From the NCBI GenBank assembly GCA_030704615.1, contig CM060733.1, positions 42,470,001 through 42,534,000 of the forward strand: a stretch of DNA of 64,000 nucleotides, read 5' to 3'. The DNA is from Takakia lepidozioides. Lineage: Eukaryota > Plantae > Bryophyta. Below, one piece after another: positions 60,813 through 64,000 of the stretch (the stretch's first letter is position 1; each line of letters opens with the position of its first letter). A model generated the notes under the pieces. The model worked only from the letters and a program-made list of their open reading frames with translations, had not been told where the DNA came from and made no database searches. The position numbers and the translations under genes were made by a program.

Positions 60813-61920
60813 ACTAGTGGTACTGCTGCTCCGCACATGAATCCCATGCCTCCCATATCTCCTCCCTCAAGAGCAGGAGGTGGACCATCCCGCCTGGGAG
60901 CCGGTACCACCTGAGCTGTAGCCATGGCAGCGAGCCTCTGCTCTAGCTGCTGAAGCCGGTTGGCCATGCCTTGGTCAACACCTTGACCTCCGTGTCCTTG
61001 GCCATGTTGAGCTTGCCCTTGGCCTGCACCTCGTGCCTGGCCACCTCGTCCTCTCTGGGCTGGTCCACCTTGCCTCCGACCACCATTGTTCAATTTTGGA
61101 ACTGGCATGGGCGCAACTCAGGATGCAAGTCATAACATTGGGCATCTCCATGTCCATACTTGCCACAATGCCCACACTGCAACTGTGCAGGTTGTGCTTG
61201 TGCCGGCCTTTTGCCACTCTCTGGGCAATCTCTCTTGACATGGGGTCCTCCACATGTCCAACATATCACCCCTGGTTGTTGTTGGCCTGCAAAAGATGCC
61301 ACGGGCCTCTGCACCTGAGGTCCCCTGTAAGCTCCATGGAACTTGGGTTGGGAAACCTTGCCCCCCTGACCACGCTGTTGGGCAGTCCCTTGTGCCTGTG
61401 GGCTGGCAGCTGCGCCTCGTGCAGGCATGTCCTTGCCAAATCCAATGGTAACAACTCACCCCTCCACCATGTTGAGCTCAATCCGCTCAGCCAGCAGAAA
61501 CACATCTGCTAATGTGGGTTGGGCTGCTTGTAACAGGGTTGCATCTCGCACCCTTCTCCTGAGCTCCTTGTCCAGAATTCCATACTAGAACTGGATTGCC
61601 TGAGCTTCAGTAACCCCTTGGGTCACACTTATCAAGCGCCTCATACGAGTGTACGTCTCTCGCAGGCTCTCACTGGGTTTGCGCTGGAAGTCTTGCAAAC
61701 TTCGCAGCTTCTCTGTCCGTACACCTTGGTAGTTCTTCGGCAACTCCTGGAAGAACTCCACCACCGGGCTGAATATAGGCACATGTGTTGTAGTCGTGGG
61801 AGGATAAGTAGTGGGACCTTCTGCAGAAGTAACGACACTACTTGTTCCACTACTAGTGCTAGCCGTGGGAGGTATTGGTGCTGATGCCGCTACTGGTTGT
61901 GTTGTGCCTCGAGTAATGGA
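60813..61920 (-). mobile_element. Ty3/Gypsy gag fragment with two zinc knuckles
   Basis: LQDFQRKPSESLRETYTRMRRL, CWTCGGPHVKRDC and CGHCGKYGHGDAQC; frameshifted. Confidence 0.85.
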
Positions 61921-62250
61921 GACGTAGTCAGGTGACAAATGGCGGCAGAGGGGTCATATGGAATGCATTACCCCCACCCTCTATCCCCCTCTACACCTGC
62001 TCTAACCCCACTTTCACATCAGCAATTTTTGGAATGTGCAGGAAGGCTGTTGGAATATATTTACTTTGATTTGATCCCCTCCTTAACCCCGGGTGCGAAT
62101 GGACGTTTAACTGCTCAAATTAATAAGAGCAATGAAAAAATAACCTTGCTGAAGCCGTGAAGGCAAGTACGTAACCAAAAACTAGAGGCACACCACTTCA
62201 AAGATGAGAAGTGGGCCAAAGGGGAGAGAGAGAAGACGGAGAAAGGCGGA

Positions 62251-63420
62251 TACCCAATGGGATTTTCTCTGGACTTTTGGGAGGAAATGACGTCCTATAG
62301 GCCGGAGTGGCAGTCAGGGGATGGCCAACGTGCATTGCCCCCAGTGCGGTTTATTAGTGTAGTGGTGGATCATAGAAATATGATGCCCACATTGGCTGCA
62401 TTCTCAGGTGTGGTGGCTTAGGGTGGTGAGCTCTTGGAAGGAAATAGCCATGCAGATGATAGGCCACCACCTGATGAGGACAAGCAATTGGCATACAAGG
62501 CTGAGTTGCTTCCTCATGTTCCTGTGCATAGCTCACTGTGGGGTACAGTTGGGGATTTGCAGCGAGTGGCAAGCCAGTGTGTGCAGCAAGCATGACAGGA
62601 GGCCTTTCCATTGGTAGGTGAGGAGAATTCAGTGACATCACCTGGACCTCCTCAATTAGCTCCATTGGACACAATGCCTATTATCTGGCAACAACCTGAC
62701 TCAGGCATTTGTTTGCTAGACCTGTTTGGAGGCATGAGCACTGGGCTTGCAGGAGTGTTGTAAGCAGGGATTAAAGTACATAAGTACTTGTATGTGGAGA
62801 AGGTGAGATTGCTCGGCGTATTTCTATGCGCCACATTGTCTCGCTCACACACGGGTATCCTGAGTTGTTGCCTCTCTTAGCAATTCAAGGGTATCAAAAG
62901 GCCTTGCTAGCAGACATTACCTTGCTGGGGGCGGATAATTTGGACCGGCATGGTCCTATTGACTTGGTGATAGTCGGATGGCCTTGCCAATGACAGTCTC
63001 CCGCAGGTCATGGGAATGATTTGCATGATGCACGATCTCATCTGTTTTGGGAGATATTGCGAGTGTTGTGTGACTTGCAGGTGAGGCAAGTGCAACCTCC
63101 AGCTTACATCCTGGAGAATGTTCCTCTCATGGGAGATTCTCGGGCCAGGGTTATGGCCAGTGTGCATCAGATCCGGTCATGGATTGGACCAGCTGTATTG
63201 TTGGATGTAGCTGCAGTGGGTTCCTGGACACATAGGCCTAGGTTGTGGTGGACCAATCTTGCACCACCAGAGTTGCTCAAGAGAGCCTATCATTCCATTC
63301 AACGGCCACCAACCTCACGGTTGAGGGCATTTTGGACCAGGGGAGGCAACCACAGAGAGTGCAATATGATGATCGTCCACCTTCAGCGGTGGTCAATCGA
63401 GTGGGGCAACCACGTGATCC
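62251..63420 (+). pseudogene. Retrotransposon pol-like fragment containing a DNMT3-like C5 cytosine methyltransferase (degenerate)
   Basis: LLDLFGG (motif I), YLYVEK (II), DLVIVGWPCQ (IV), YILENV (VI) and HRPRLWWTN (VIII). Intronless with several stops. The upstream in-frame YPMGFSLDFWEE..YRPEW resembles a retroviral-type protease end. Confidence 0.85.
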
Positions 63421-64000
63421 ACCCACACTCCCAATCCCAAACAAAATGAGGAATGATGCATTCTGGGAACAATGGATACAGAATAGAATAAAAAGATGGC
63501 ACTTTGGGGTTTTTATTGATCCACATGAATTGCATTTGAAGCACATCTATTGTGCTGATTGTGCAAACAAATCTTTAGCCCTGTGCCTTCTGAATACAAG
63601 TCACGTTGTCAATGGGACTTCGACTGCTCTGAGAACTAGCTCATGAGTCATCGGGCTCCTCCAGGTAAACTGGATTGCAGCCGTTGTACCGCCCCTGTTG
63701 ATGTTCACCACAATGTTGTGCCCTTCAATCATACCACCATCAAATATGGAAAGCTTCACGTTTTCGTCGTCCACACCAATGCAAATGTCCCCATACAATG
63801 GAGAAGAGGAGCGCACTCCTTCAAGAGTATACGTCTCTCCGATGGAGTCCACCCACGTCCACTGGCAGCAGTTCCACCGCAACAACATAGCAGTGCGCAT
63901 TCTTCTGCATGGGTGCTCGTCGTAGGTGGGAAAATTGGAATCAAGGATGCGCAGGAGCCACGGACTCCTCAGACCAAGAGAGTCACCCCGCTCGAAGGCA

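Noticed and set aside
63420-64000. Coding-looking fragments at the window end (63601..63900 minus)
   Set aside because: No family could be recognised and the region is truncated by the window edge.

Overview
Repeat-dense eukaryotic DNA, most likely from a seed-free land plant (TTTAGGG telomere repeats, a PLS-type PPR fragment, spliceosomal introns); the species cannot be determined. No ordinary housekeeping gene is present. Four things dominate. (1) Three Crinkler/CR-type effector-like genes on the minus strand: two ~99% identical P-loop NTPase + restriction-endonuclease-fold exons and one REase + kinase exon. Each is preceded by a different small header exon through phase-1 splice sites, and their introns are mosaics of shared modules. 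(2) Endonuclease-less Penelope-like retroelements whose pseudo-LTRs carry minimal hammerhead ribozymes and end in (CCCTAAA)n. At 30.1-35.1 kb these form a chain of apparently telomere-primed retrocopies, one of which stops at the predicted ribozyme cleavage site. (3) A decayed putative large DNA transposon: a MULE/GCM-like transposase divergent from a spliced ParB/Srx + beta-class amino-methyltransferase gene, with three different tandem arrays built on a GGCGCC-centred palindrome (perfect 30-bp versions in two of them). (4) A Ty3/Gypsy remnant carrying a DNMT3-like C5 cytosine methyltransferase. The rest is nested LTR, LINE, CACTA and SINE debris. Domain calls come from motif reading by eye; no database search was run.
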